Notes under the pieces: generated by a model
The model's input: only the letters and a program-made list of their open reading frames with translations
Database searches by the model: none
What the model was told of the DNA's origin: nothing
From: Epiperipatus broadwayi
Taxonomy: Eukaryota; Animalia; Onychophora
Direction of reading: 5' to 3'
NCBI GenBank assembly: GCA_028023455.1
Contig: JAQFVV010000001.1
Location: 19,344,001 to 19,408,000, forward strand
Length of the DNA: 64,000 bases
Translations under genes and position numbers: made by a program
In this document: positions 40,173 through 51,899 of the stretch, in pieces
Numbering within the stretch: position 1 is the first letter of the stretch
Layout: each line of letters starts with the position of its first letter

Positions 40173-40924
40173 TCCATATATAAATAATTTAATTAGAGGG
40201 AGTTGGAACTCAGACTTTCAAGCTCTCTTTAATCATCCACTCGATGTTATACAACCGACTCACATGACTACATACATGTAAAAAAGATAAATAACCTCCA
40301 ATATATGCATTATGTGATGAACGAGCCAGCTACTCATCAGTTGATCAGGTTATCATCCCCCCCCCCCCCACACACACACATATATAAATAATCGACGTCT
40401 GTTTTTATTAAGATAGCAAATCTTCAAACTTTAGTAGACAGGCTTCAATTTTCTCCACTTTCCAGCTCTCCGGCTATCCATATCATTGAAAATGATGGCA
40501 TGTTCAAAACCCTTGTTTGCCAAATTTGTTGTCATACGCATGTTAACCATGTCATTCTGACCTCTCATATGCAGGTCCTTAAGGCCATTTAAATACACAG
40601 AAAGGAGGAGGATAGAATCGAATATTTAAATACAAATATATATACCTTTAAGCTAGATGTAATTAGAGATGAAATGGCAAACAACAGCTTTGGACATGAT
40701 ATGGATGGCTAGAGGGTTGGAGAGTATAGAAGATTTAAGCCTGTTCATTAAATATATATGTGTGGGAGATAATGATCTGAACTAACTAATGAATGCTGGT
40801 GCAGCATGGAATCTGTGTATTGGAGATCTTTTTTTTGTATGTATGTGGTTGTGTGTGTCAGTTGTATAAGATAAAGTGAATGACTAAAGATAGCTTAAAA
40901 ATTTGGGTTCAAATCCATATATAA
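40173..40924. mobile_element. Insertion holding two convergent I-clade-like 3' fragments, flanked by an 11-bp direct repeat
   Basis: TCCATATATAA at 40173-40183 and 40914-40924. The segment is absent from the paralogous block (~49725-49740). The arms are homologous to 10690-10965. Confidence 0.6.
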
Positions 40925-41291
40925 TTTGTAACAACATGGTTGATCAATCACAATTTAACTAACCAAAGTATAATCGAGATTCCAACCATTTTATTGTCTT
41001 GTGATATAATTCATAAATTTTGTGTTAGGCAGAACTGTAAGTTCAGGTAACTATTATTTATTACCATTATTTTTTTATTTTTTAGTACTATATAACAATA
41101 CCCTGCATCAATTTATTATTACATATATAAAAAGAGACATTTAATCTTTACTATAATTCCTTAGCATTTATGTTAAAACTAAAACTGTCATTTTTTTTTT
41201 TTTGCTTTCTGTATATTTCCTTTACTCTTTTGTTGCTCATAAAAATTTGTTATATTAAATCATATTTAAGCACATAATATTACAATCTATT

Positions 41292-41380
41292 GTGGTCGAG
41301 AGGTCAGCAACAGCTGCTTTACTAGAAGTTGTCCTGGGTTAGTGGGTTCACTTCCTGGCTGATGCTATGACATATGAGAA
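41292..41380 (+). mobile_element. tRNA-derived SINE (short) with a 15-bp TSD
   Basis: GTGGTCGAGAGGTC (A-box-like) and GGGTTCACTTCCTGG (B-box-like), flanked by ATATTACAATCTATT (41277-41291) and ATATTACCATCTATT (41381-41395). Absent at the paralogous site (~50108-50125). Confidence 0.7.
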
Positions 41381-43023
41381 ATATTACCATCTATTCTATA
41401 GGTTCATTGAAAGCTTAACTCAAGGAATGGTCATAACTATTTTATTGTTAATTTTATTTTATTGTTCACCTATGTCATAATAAAGAATGAATCAAATAGC
41501 TTATTCAAAATTTAACTTTGATTTTTTTGTATTATAAATTTATTTCACAACTCTGTCATAGTTGCACTTGGTGTCATGACACAGCATATTTGTTTAGTAA
41601 CACGCATGTAACTTACCCTGAGAATGTTTAAATGTTTTATGATTATTATTTTTAAGATTTGGAGCTATCCATGGTTATAATTATTCAAAATAAATTTAAA
41701 CCCCACACATATATAATTATCTATGAGTATAGTCTCATTTTCATCAAAGGTATTCTTCATTTCTGGATTATACAGTGAACAAACAATCTTGAGTCATAGT
41801 TAGGTTTATTTAATCATATAATAGTACAAGAACTAGTACAAGCACAGACTATTTATAACTGTGAATTTAGCATGGGAATTAAGCAGTCTTAAAGGAATCT
41901 GCTAACCAATTTCATATGGTTACCATTTGGTGCCACAATTCATGGAACTTATTGAACAAGATGACCATGATCATTTTCATATAGTTACAATTTGGCACTT
42001 TCCAATCTTGGGCCATGAAATTAAGGGTTTCAGCATGCTATGAATTTATCTGTTGACTCAACAAGTGTTCTAGATAATTTAAATCAATCTCTAAGAAAAG
42101 TACATTTTGTTTTTGGCAAGTAGTATATTATCAAAATTTTTTTTAACATGCTTTGAGATGATATACAAAGATACAAGATTAAAAGCTCAGAATTTAATAT
42201 TGAAACAGTAAGATTTGCATTCAAATCTTTAGTTTCACCTTTTTCTATCATGTCTCACCCACCATCTTTATTCTACCCAAATTTAAACTTTTTGGTATCG
42301 AATTGTGTGTGTAGCGATATTAAAAATATATAAATATCTGTAAAATTCACCGTAAGCACACACATACTTCGATAACAAATCTAAAACAATGAATAATAAT
42401 ATTTGATAGAATTTTAAATTTCTCTTTTTGTTATATAATGTTGATATAACTTTTTTTGTTAATATATTGCTGTTTTAAAAATTGTATTTTAAATAATTTT
42501 GAAATTGGATTTTTAATTTAAAGAAAAGTAAAAATCAATTATAAATCCCTTTGTACTTGAAATTTGGCAAGTCATGGTTGGTGAAAGATATGATAGATTA
42601 ATTAGAAAAAAATTCCCTAAAAGTTTCAATTAATAAAATGTAAAAAGGTAAAATAAACCTAAACAATAAAACTGCAGCTTTCTGAATTAATTAAAATTCT
42701 AAAAATGCTTTTTAATGCATTGATTCTCCTCGGGGCAAATGAATGGAACTAAAAATAAACTAGAACAAAATTACAAAGATAAGATAAAGAAAAAGAGAAC
42801 ATTTTGAATTTTAAAAACTTTATTGTTAGACTTTGTGCTGTGCTCTTGCTTAGTTGAGAGAATCATAGATCTTAAACTTTTTCGTCCAGAATAAGATGAC
42901 CAAGTAGAAAGTGCCCAGATTATTCCTCCCCCCAGAGATGGTCGATCAGATGCCCAAACCTCCACATGTGCCCTTCACAAATTTAAATCATGAGAATCTA
43001 CTGCCCAAATAATCGGAAAGCTG

Positions 43024-43111
43024 CTGCTGCTATTGAAATAAATCCATAACCTGAGAGCTGGAAAGAACTGCTGCTGTTGAAATAAATCCCTAACCTGAGA
43101 GCTGGAAAGAA
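43024..43111. repeat. 44-bp tandem duplication (2 mismatches)
   Basis: CTGCTGCT(A/G)TTGAAATAAATCC(A/C)TAACCTGAGAGCTGGAAAGAA x2. Confidence 0.92.
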
Positions 43112-45447
43112 ACACTGCTGTTAAACTCACAATGGAACATGAAAAGCTTCTTATAAAACAGGTACCTGTACCCAAGGCCTATAAATTCTATCCATAAGCT
43201 ATAGCTCAATCTATATAAATTGTTCATTGATAAATTTAATTGTAAATCTATTCTGTAATTTCTTTTAATAATCTAGTTTACCTAACTTTGTCTATCTCTT
43301 GGGTATGTATTTCTACTTTTACATTTTATTATTTAATAATATCATACTGATAAGATTTCTGACCAGGCCTCACAAAATTTTAAATATCAATTCTACTTAA
43401 AATGGTTGCCATCTTGTGCGACAACCAAATCTTAAAATTCTTATATATACTTCTGTTGGCTGGCCAGCTTGGAAATCACCATAATTGTTTAATGAATAAA
43501 TACATTATTGCATGAAATAGTGGATGTGTGTCCAATAAATCTCATGATTAACATTTACTTATATTAGATTATTTTGTTTCAATTATCTTCATGTTAATCG
43601 ACATGCATTCATTGCTTCACTTATTGTTATGCAGGAGTCTACTACATGGCTAGTGGCAGACATATTAGTTCTTAGAGTAAGACCCTAATTTATAATTAAC
43701 TTTAAATTTGTTTTTAATTTTAAATAATAAATTCATTATTCGTTAAACCCATTAAGTACATTTCTTTGAGAGCAAAATACATTCTTTATTAAATGTTGGT
43801 AATGTGGGACCGAGTCATAAATTTTATTCAATCCTAACCTATTATGTTAGTTATACATGTGTTACAGTTTAGAGATGCGATAATCCATCTTTGAGCCTTG
43901 GATACTCTGGATCATACAGTATTTACCGAATCTTAGTCATCCTACACAAGGGGACATAATGAATGTTCTCGTAGGGCTTAATGCCTGTCACACAGTCAGG
44001 TAGTAATTGTGGCATGAACCCTTTGCACCTGATGATGCTTATGGGTCCCTCTTACCTTCAGGCCTACAGCAAACACCAACCCATTGTTTCAAATTCATCC
44101 ATTGGCTTGGCAGTTTTAATGTACTGCCATTCTCACATCGCATTTCTAAATGTACCACATGTTTCTTTATTATTAATTTTATTATTCCAAATATGACTCC
44201 ATCTCGGCATTATTTGACATAAACTCACTCTAAAATCAATGTTTGCCCATAATTTAATTCCTCATAAATATCTTATTTGATTAAATAAAATATATGTCCA
44301 CAGCTGCTATTTTTATTTCTAATTTAGACTCGTTCATTGCAAAGCTATTAAATCCCCAAAGGCATGATTTTGAAATACTTGCTCAAGAATTCAGGTAGCT
44401 AGATTATGTCAGTCAAATAATTGTACTCTTTGTAAATATAAAACAGTATCGGAAGAATAATGCCACTACTGGAATTTTAATATAATTATGTTTTATTTAA
44501 ATAATTTTAATCTTAAATGTTATAATTAAATAATTTCAAGCCATACATTTGCCATCATCTATTTATTTATTCGACACACCTTCAGTATAATATTTCCTCG
44601 ATTATTTAAAATATAAATGTCTAGATTTAGTATGTTGTCTGTCTAACTCAAAAATAAAGTCTATGAGTCTCTCGCATCTCCCTGATCCCTGTGCCTAAGG
44701 AAATGTTTACTAATGTAGCATCAGATGCGTTGTTTCATAGTGTGTATTGTGAAACTGATAAACCATGTTCGAACTCAGTACTGCTGGTAGCTTCTCTACC
44801 TATGGTGCTGCTTTTCAGTGTGGTGGTCGAATTCTGCACTATGTTAACAAAGCACACGAATCTGACCATTACAATATCCAGGTATAAATGAATAAAAGAA
44901 GTTTGAGAATAGAATTGTCTGCTAGATTTCATTTCTTTTGCTATGTTGATTAGACAATTATTTTTTTCTGATCCTGGAGTGAGATGGAAAGACCCTTAAA
45001 TAGATTTATATGATTAGATTCTTGAAATACAAAGTAAAATTTTATATATACATACGTGTAAAAATACATATTCATTTAATGTATTAACGTAGTATTAGAG
45101 GCTATGGCTTATACTAAAGATTTAGGATGCTTAAAAAGCTAAATTCAAGAATAGATGCTAATTTTGCCAAACTAGATGCCAGCTCTAAGGAGCTAAATAC
45201 AAAATAAGATGCCAACTCTGAAGGAGGCAAATGGAAAAAATCTTAACAAGCCAGATCTAGAAATGAAGCCATTGTATTTGTAATAGAAGATAAAATGCTG
45301 CATCAAACAATAATAGGTGACATTGATGAAACTATGAAGGAATTATACACTGTAATCCAAGAAACAGTGAGTTGTAATTTGGATTTGAAGAATACTAAGC
45401 TGACAATAAGATGAAAATAGTGAAGATAGATTATTAAGAATTTCTGC

Positions 45448-45606
45448 CATCTAATATGCATATTGAATGTCTAGAAAAATTTAACTTTATTTAAATATTC
45501 CAAATACATTCAACTGTTAGTAATAGCACATCAAACAGTTGAATGTATTTGAAATATTTAAATAAAGTTAAATTTTTCTAAAGACATTCAATACGCATAT
45601 TAGATG
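45448..45606. repeat. Near-perfect inverted repeat (~71-bp arms, 15-nt loop)
   Basis: 45448-45518 vs 45534-45606; a few substitutions and one 2-nt indel. Confidence 0.92.
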
Positions 45607-48600
45607 ATGGAAATAATCCAATATAAAAATACAACTAGAACACCATTATCACATACCTTCAGGAAAAAAAGATAAAACTACTGATTTTGAGATCACTAAT
45701 CTTTCAATCAATGGTGATGAAAGCAAATGTGATTTAATGAGCAAACAGGATTCAAAAGAAATTCATATGAAAATAAGGTACAAGAGATATATTTCTGAAG
45801 GTAAAAATATTATTATAAAGAGGATATATATTATTTCAGGTCCTGAATTAGCAAAATTAATATACACTTTAAGAAGCTATGCACAGCAGATTATTACATG
45901 AAGGAATATATGTAGCCCTAAATCTTTAAAAAATAATAATAATTTTTATTTTGTATAAGGAAGCTGTATTTCTAAATAAATTTCAGAATGAAAATGTGAG
46001 TAGAAACTCACACACAGTGAAAATAAAAGTCAAAGTTATAATGACTCTGTCAATAATGTTCAGTCTTGCCAAAATTTATCTCTATATGTTCTTGATCTTG
46101 ACTGTTAGAAAAGGATCTTACAATGCTATAGACTTCCCACACCTACTATATTGTTATGAATTATTGTGAGTTAGATGATTTGGTTTTGGCCTATTATAAA
46201 TTAGATAGGATAAAATTTGTATATATAAATAAGTAAATAGATTAATAGTGCTAAATACAATTAGCACATCAGGATTAAACTAAATTCCATGTTAGTCACC
46301 CACAGGAATCCCAATAAAAAGTATTTCAATTTATATAAAGAGACCCTATAGGATAAAGAAAATTTGAGAAAATGCTTATACAATTGATATACCAATAGGA
46401 TGAGAGGAACTCACAATGCCAAAAGCCTTAAAACAATATATACCCAGGAATAATTAACATTAACTCATCTTGCCCATATACTCTAATAGAATGTACAAAA
46501 TATCTTATAGTTTATTAGCTCAATCTCCCTCCCTTGATCAATTCTTCCTATAACAACAGCAGTAAACTTTGCTGTTTTAATATGTACATAGTAAAATATA
46601 CAATTATTTATTCATGTTACATATTGTGCCAGACGAAATCTTTTATCTTCGTCTATCAATCTATTCTGATACAGAGGGGGTCACCAGACCACTATGTGTC
46701 TGGAAAATTTGTTTACTGTGATCAGAATAGATGATGATGATGGTTTGTGCAGACTAGACTCAGGGAGAAACAAGAGATCATAAATTGTTTAGACAATTGA
46801 GACAAAAGTACCAAGACAAACGTCAGCCAAATTAAGTTTAAACATATTTCATAAAATTTTATTATGAGAAAAATAAATTATTAAGTATAAGTTTATAAAT
46901 TAACAAATATGATTAGCTCAGGCGTGTACCAGAAAGACTAAATGCAATGCTCTGGCAGATCTACTGATTCTCTAATAAACAAATTTAAAGTGAGGAATCA
47001 AATTTCATTCAGCCGAGGATTCATCTTAACATTGGTTCTCACTTTCAGATATTCAAACAATACGTCCTCGAAATAGATCAAAGATACCAGTGCCGATGAG
47101 CTTTTCGAGATCTAAACATGGTCAGACTGCGAATGTCCTTATATCGGTATGAATTGCACCCATTACTATGTTTAAAATAATGGTGATTGATCCATCTCAA
47201 GAACAACTGAAAAATAAGATTGAAAGGAAGAAAACAAAAACTGGTGAATCCCAGCCAAACGATTGGTGAAAATTATTTTAAAATTAATAAGAAAAGGTCT
47301 CAATAGGAGACAAGCAAATAATTAGAAAAACAGTTACGTCTGCCCCAGCAATTAAAGAAAAGAAAATGAATTACAAACAAATTCTGAGTACATGCTCTGA
47401 TAAATTTAAAGCATACGTAATAAATACAAAAATAAATCTATCGGAGAGTGCACATGAGTACGAGAATATTAAAAGTTGTAAACACTTTAGCAGAACGAAA
47501 GTATCGCTCACCTGTAATTTAAGAAAGGATAAATTTTATCTTCCTGCTGATGACTTATAAACTTACAAAGAAAAACATAATTCTAATTTCTGCTTTTAGA
47601 GATATTAGAAACGAAATCTCCACCTGCGGCAAATTAGATGATAAAGTCGCCAGCCAAAAGATTTTCGGAGGTTTGCAAAAGCGCAAACACAGTGTTTACA
47701 AATTAATTATTGAATACTATATAATTACAGGTAAGCATTTAAAATACATGACCACTAAAGCATTTATAAAAGTCTTACATAAAAATAGGAAACTCACTCG
47801 TCACTCTCCAATAAACAAAAATTGAAAGCAACTTGGAATCTTAAAACTAAGATTCCAGGACACACTACAAAATCTTAGAAAACACAGCAAATATTAAATA
47901 TGAGGCTATATTGTTTAGGAATACATATTTATGATTAGATTGAGTGGAGATTTAATGACAATTAATTTACCCTGGGAACAATAAAAAGAAAATAGTTACC
48001 TTTCGGTAAAAGCAATGTTCACGTAGAGTGTGCACTTTTACTTAAGTTCATTTTCAGGTCTTTAGACCACAGCAAGGTAGATGTAACGAGGTTCCAGCTT
48101 CTTTTAGGTGTTTAAGGCATTACTGGAGCAAACTTGGAAGTCAGGGATCCGTCTTTTGTTGAATTAGCAAGCCATTCGGATGGTGACAACACGTATAGAA
48201 TTTTTCATCTTGTGGCAAGCAGAAGTATTTAATAACAGCTCTTGTCCTTTAAGAATTTAAATGTCCATGCTGATATAAACTTTTACTTTAGAAACAGCTT
48301 GTCTATTTACGAATAATGAATTAACTGACACTCCAAATTTTCGCTCCATTTCCCACGAAACATTTTCCTTGTTGTTAAATTTCTTCACCTTAGGCAGGAC
48401 AAATATTAATCTCCCACTTAATCTATCTAAGAATTCCATCCAGGGTTTATTGAAATGAAAACAACAACATAAAAATCAAATCTCTGCTATCAAAATTGTT
48501 TACAATAATTAAAATAAAAGCAACAGGAATGCAATTAGCTAGCCAGCTTGTTTTTAAATCAAATGGATTTAAAAACAGGCGGTATATGAAAACTATTTTA

Positions 48601-50412
48601 AAATAAATCGATAAACATTTTTAAAAAATCCATTTTACATATAAACGCGTGTATACTTGGATACACACATTCTTTTTAAATAATATTTCAAATTTAAACT
48701 CTTCGTTTAATTAAAATTAAAAGCTTAATAAATTTCTTTTTTTTTTTTTGTTTAATAACAACACCATTGAACCGGATTTCAATCAGGTTCAATATAGTTA
48801 TTAGTTATGTTGAGTTTTTTCATTAAGAAAAGAATGTGTTGTAAGGATTATGTTTATAAATTATATCAGACATTTTGCATCAAGTTATATTTATCATTAT
48901 AAGTATCACATTTTGACATTTGTAAAAATAATCTTTTATTTGAGAATAATGAAAAGTCAACAGTAACAATAACAAAAAAACTAATGAAAATAAAATATGC
49001 CAATCATATTAAAATGATATAACATTAATAATAAACAAAATTAGAAACAGAGTATTGTTAATTATTTACATTTAAATTTTCAGATATATATATATATATA
49101 TTCTAGAATATTAGAATATAATCACTTATATCGCTGTTATTGTGTCAACAATAAAAGGTTAGAAGATGTATGTGACTTGTGAAAAGAGATCTGAAAAAAA
49201 AAGAGAAGGAATAAAAAAAATTCCTTTTGCACTGTCAAGTGCAGTGAAAGAAAGTTATTAGAAAAGTTTTATCTTATTAATTTCACTCTTACCAATGGCA
49301 ATGTAAATTTCCATTTATGTCTTGCATAATTGACAAGGTAGACTAGAAAGCAAACCACTTATCTAAGGATTTTTCCACTCTCTTGACTGTATATTCCATT
49401 TTATATCAACAGTACACTGTAAATATAGACATGCATAGCTAAGGATAGAAATTGTGTATTTAATCAACTCATACCAACCTGGAGAAGAAGGAGGCCAATA
49501 TTTAAAACCTGAGCAATCAATTGTAAAAAGAAAATATTACTGCTAATCTTCTTAAACATACTGTCATTCACCAAAGCAATATTTAAAAATAATAATAATA
49601 AAGAACCATTCTAACTTCATGTAACTTCATAGGAAATGATAATCAAACATTGAATTGAGGAGAAGGAACTGTCAAATAAAAACATTTCCTGTCGACAAAC
49701 AACAAAATGAAATTAAATGGAAATGGAAAACCATATATATACAATTTGTAAAACATAGTTGATTAATCATAATTTAATAACCAAAGTATAATGAGTTTCT
49801 AACCATTTTTTGTCTTGTGATATAATTCATGAATTTTGTGGCACAGATAGGCAGAACCATAAGGTCAAGTAGCTATTATTATAATCATTAATAATATTAT
49901 TTTTATTTTGGTATTATATAACAAGGCACACATCAATTTATATATATATAAAGAGACATTTAATCTGTATTATGATTCCTTAGCATTTATGTTAAAATTG
50001 TCATTTTATTTATTTTAAGCGTTATTATTTGTAACTGAACATTATTTAAGCACATAATAGACTGTCTTCATTTTAATACTCTTATACTTGATAAGCCTTT
50101 AAATAGTAAATATTACAATCTATTCTATAAGTTTATTGAAAGCTTAATTTAAAAAAAGACCATTACTATCTTATTGTTATTTTTATTTTATTGTTACCTC
50201 TTGCCTATGTCACAATAAAAGATGGAGCAAATACTTTATTCAAAATTTAACTTTGTTTGATTTTTTTTCTTTGTTATAAAATTATTTCACAACTCGTTCA
50301 TAAACAGAGCAAAACTCTCCATACAGTATTGCCACCTGTGCTAAACAGAGTAATCAATGGATGCCAGAAAGCTTGTGCATAAAATCCCTATCTAATGCCT
50401 ACTCATCCAATA

Positions 50413-50454
50413 TCCCCAGACTAGTTTCTGGCTTGTGGCCTTCGTCAGTGAGGA
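50413..50454 (-). ncRNA. Minimal type I hammerhead ribozyme (family 2)
   Basis: Exact reverse complement of 50960-51001. Confidence 0.8.
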
Positions 50455-50959
50455 GCTTTGGATCTGAGAGCACTGCATCTAGATCTTAGGATCTAATGCA
50501 ACCCTCTAGCAACCACCTTTTATCTCTTCTTAACTACAAAACTATGAGAATGAAATTGAAAACACAAAAAATATTTTCAATCTAAGCTCAATAGCTTATA
50601 TAGTCATATGGGTCTGAACTCAGTTCAGCACCCATACATTTTGGTGTCTTTGGCTCTTTTACAACCATAGCCACCACTATCCTATTAGGCAGGATTGGTG
50701 TTAAACCATTAAGCATCACATGATCACATTTCCTATACTAGCACATTAATTGTTGATAAACAGAGCAAAACTCTCCATACAGTATTGCCACCTGTGCTAA
50801 ACAGAGTAATCAATGGATGCTATTGAGCTTAGATTGAAAATATTTTTTGTGTTTTCAATTTCATTCTCATAGTTTTGTAGTTAAGAAGAGATAAAAGGTG
50901 GTTGCTAGAGGGTTGCATTAGATCCTAAGATCTAGATGCAGTGCTCTCAGATCCAAAGC

Positions 50960-51001
50960 TCCTCACTGACGAAGGCCACAAGCCAGAAACTAGTCTGGGG
51001 A
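50960..51001 (+). ncRNA. Minimal type I hammerhead ribozyme (family 2)
   Basis: UCCUCA-CUGACGA-A-GGC(CACAA)GCC-A-GAAA-CUAGUC^UGGGGA; predicted cleavage after 50995. Confidence 0.8.
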
Positions 51002-51899
51002 TATTGGATGAGTAGGCATTAGATAGGGATTTTATGCACAAGCCTTCTGGCATCCATTGATTACTCTGTTTAGCACAGGTGGCAATACTGTATGGAGAGT
51101 TTTGCTCTGTTTATCAACAATTAATGTGCTAGTATAGGAAATATGATCATGTGATGCTTAATGGTTTAACTCGTTCATAGTTGACTTTGTATCATGACAC
51201 AGCATGAGTTTAGTGGCACACATGTACTTTACACTGAGAATGCTTAAATGCTTTAGGACCATTTGTTTAAGATTTGGAGCTACCTATAACCCATATGTAT
51301 AAGTACTCAAAATGAATTAAAATGTTGTCCACATTTAAATATCTATATCATGAATATAGTCTACATTCGATCAAAGGGTACCCTTTGTTTCTGGAATACA
51401 CAGTGAACAAATGATTTTGAGTCTTAGTTAGGTTCATTTAATGATACATTAGTACAAGGACTAGTATGAGCACAGATCATTTATAACTATGAATTTCTCA
51501 TAAGAATTAGCAGACTTAAAGGAATATACTAACCAATTCCATATGGTTACTTCTTAATGCTCCAATTCATGGAGCATATTGAACAAGAAAAACATTGATC
51601 ACTTTCATATGGATGCAATATAAACATAATAGATTTGATGCATTCATATAGTTTTGCTCATTGAGCTCAAAAGATTCACAAAATCTTTTATCCTCATGGT
51701 TGGAAAAAAAAATTTTAAATGATAAAATTTTATTTTGATAGGTTGTTGAGATGTGTGTCATCAATTACAAAAATTGACAGCAAATATTATTAGCATGTCA
51801 ATAAAATTAAAGAATCAAATACAATTGGTCACTTGTTTACTATAAAGAAAAGTAAAAACTAATTATTTTTGTCTATTGGTAAATAAATAAAAAAATCAA

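Larger units (their letters stand above)
39650..42000 (+). repeat. Old ~2.3-kb duplicated block, copy 1 (partner at 48840-51600)
   Basis: Collinear similarity of about 75-80% by eye over several anchors (e.g. 39760/48935, 40960/49780, 41770/51400). The two copies carry different insertions. Confidence 0.85.
50303..51167. mobile_element. Retrozyme-like insertion: 456-nt circularly permuted hammerhead unit, head-to-head arms, 12-bp TSD
   Basis: Direct repeat ATAAACAGAGC... at 50300 and 50756 (period 456). Inversion at ~50820. TSD AACTCGTTCATA at 50291-50302 and 51168-51179. No ORF of 60 aa or more in the ORF track. Confidence 0.85.
48840..51600 (+). repeat. Old duplicated block, copy 2
   Basis: Partner of 39650-42000. 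It carries the hammerhead element at 50303-51167 and an extra ~440-bp segment at ~49120-49570. Confidence 0.85.

Noticed and set aside
42780-43460. Possible gag zinc knuckle and PBS of another LTR element on the minus strand
   Set aside because: The motifs are too degenerate to call.
45950-46480. Possible Gypsy RT relic on the plus strand (CELDDL..)
   Set aside because: One weak motif, and the frames are not recoverable by eye.
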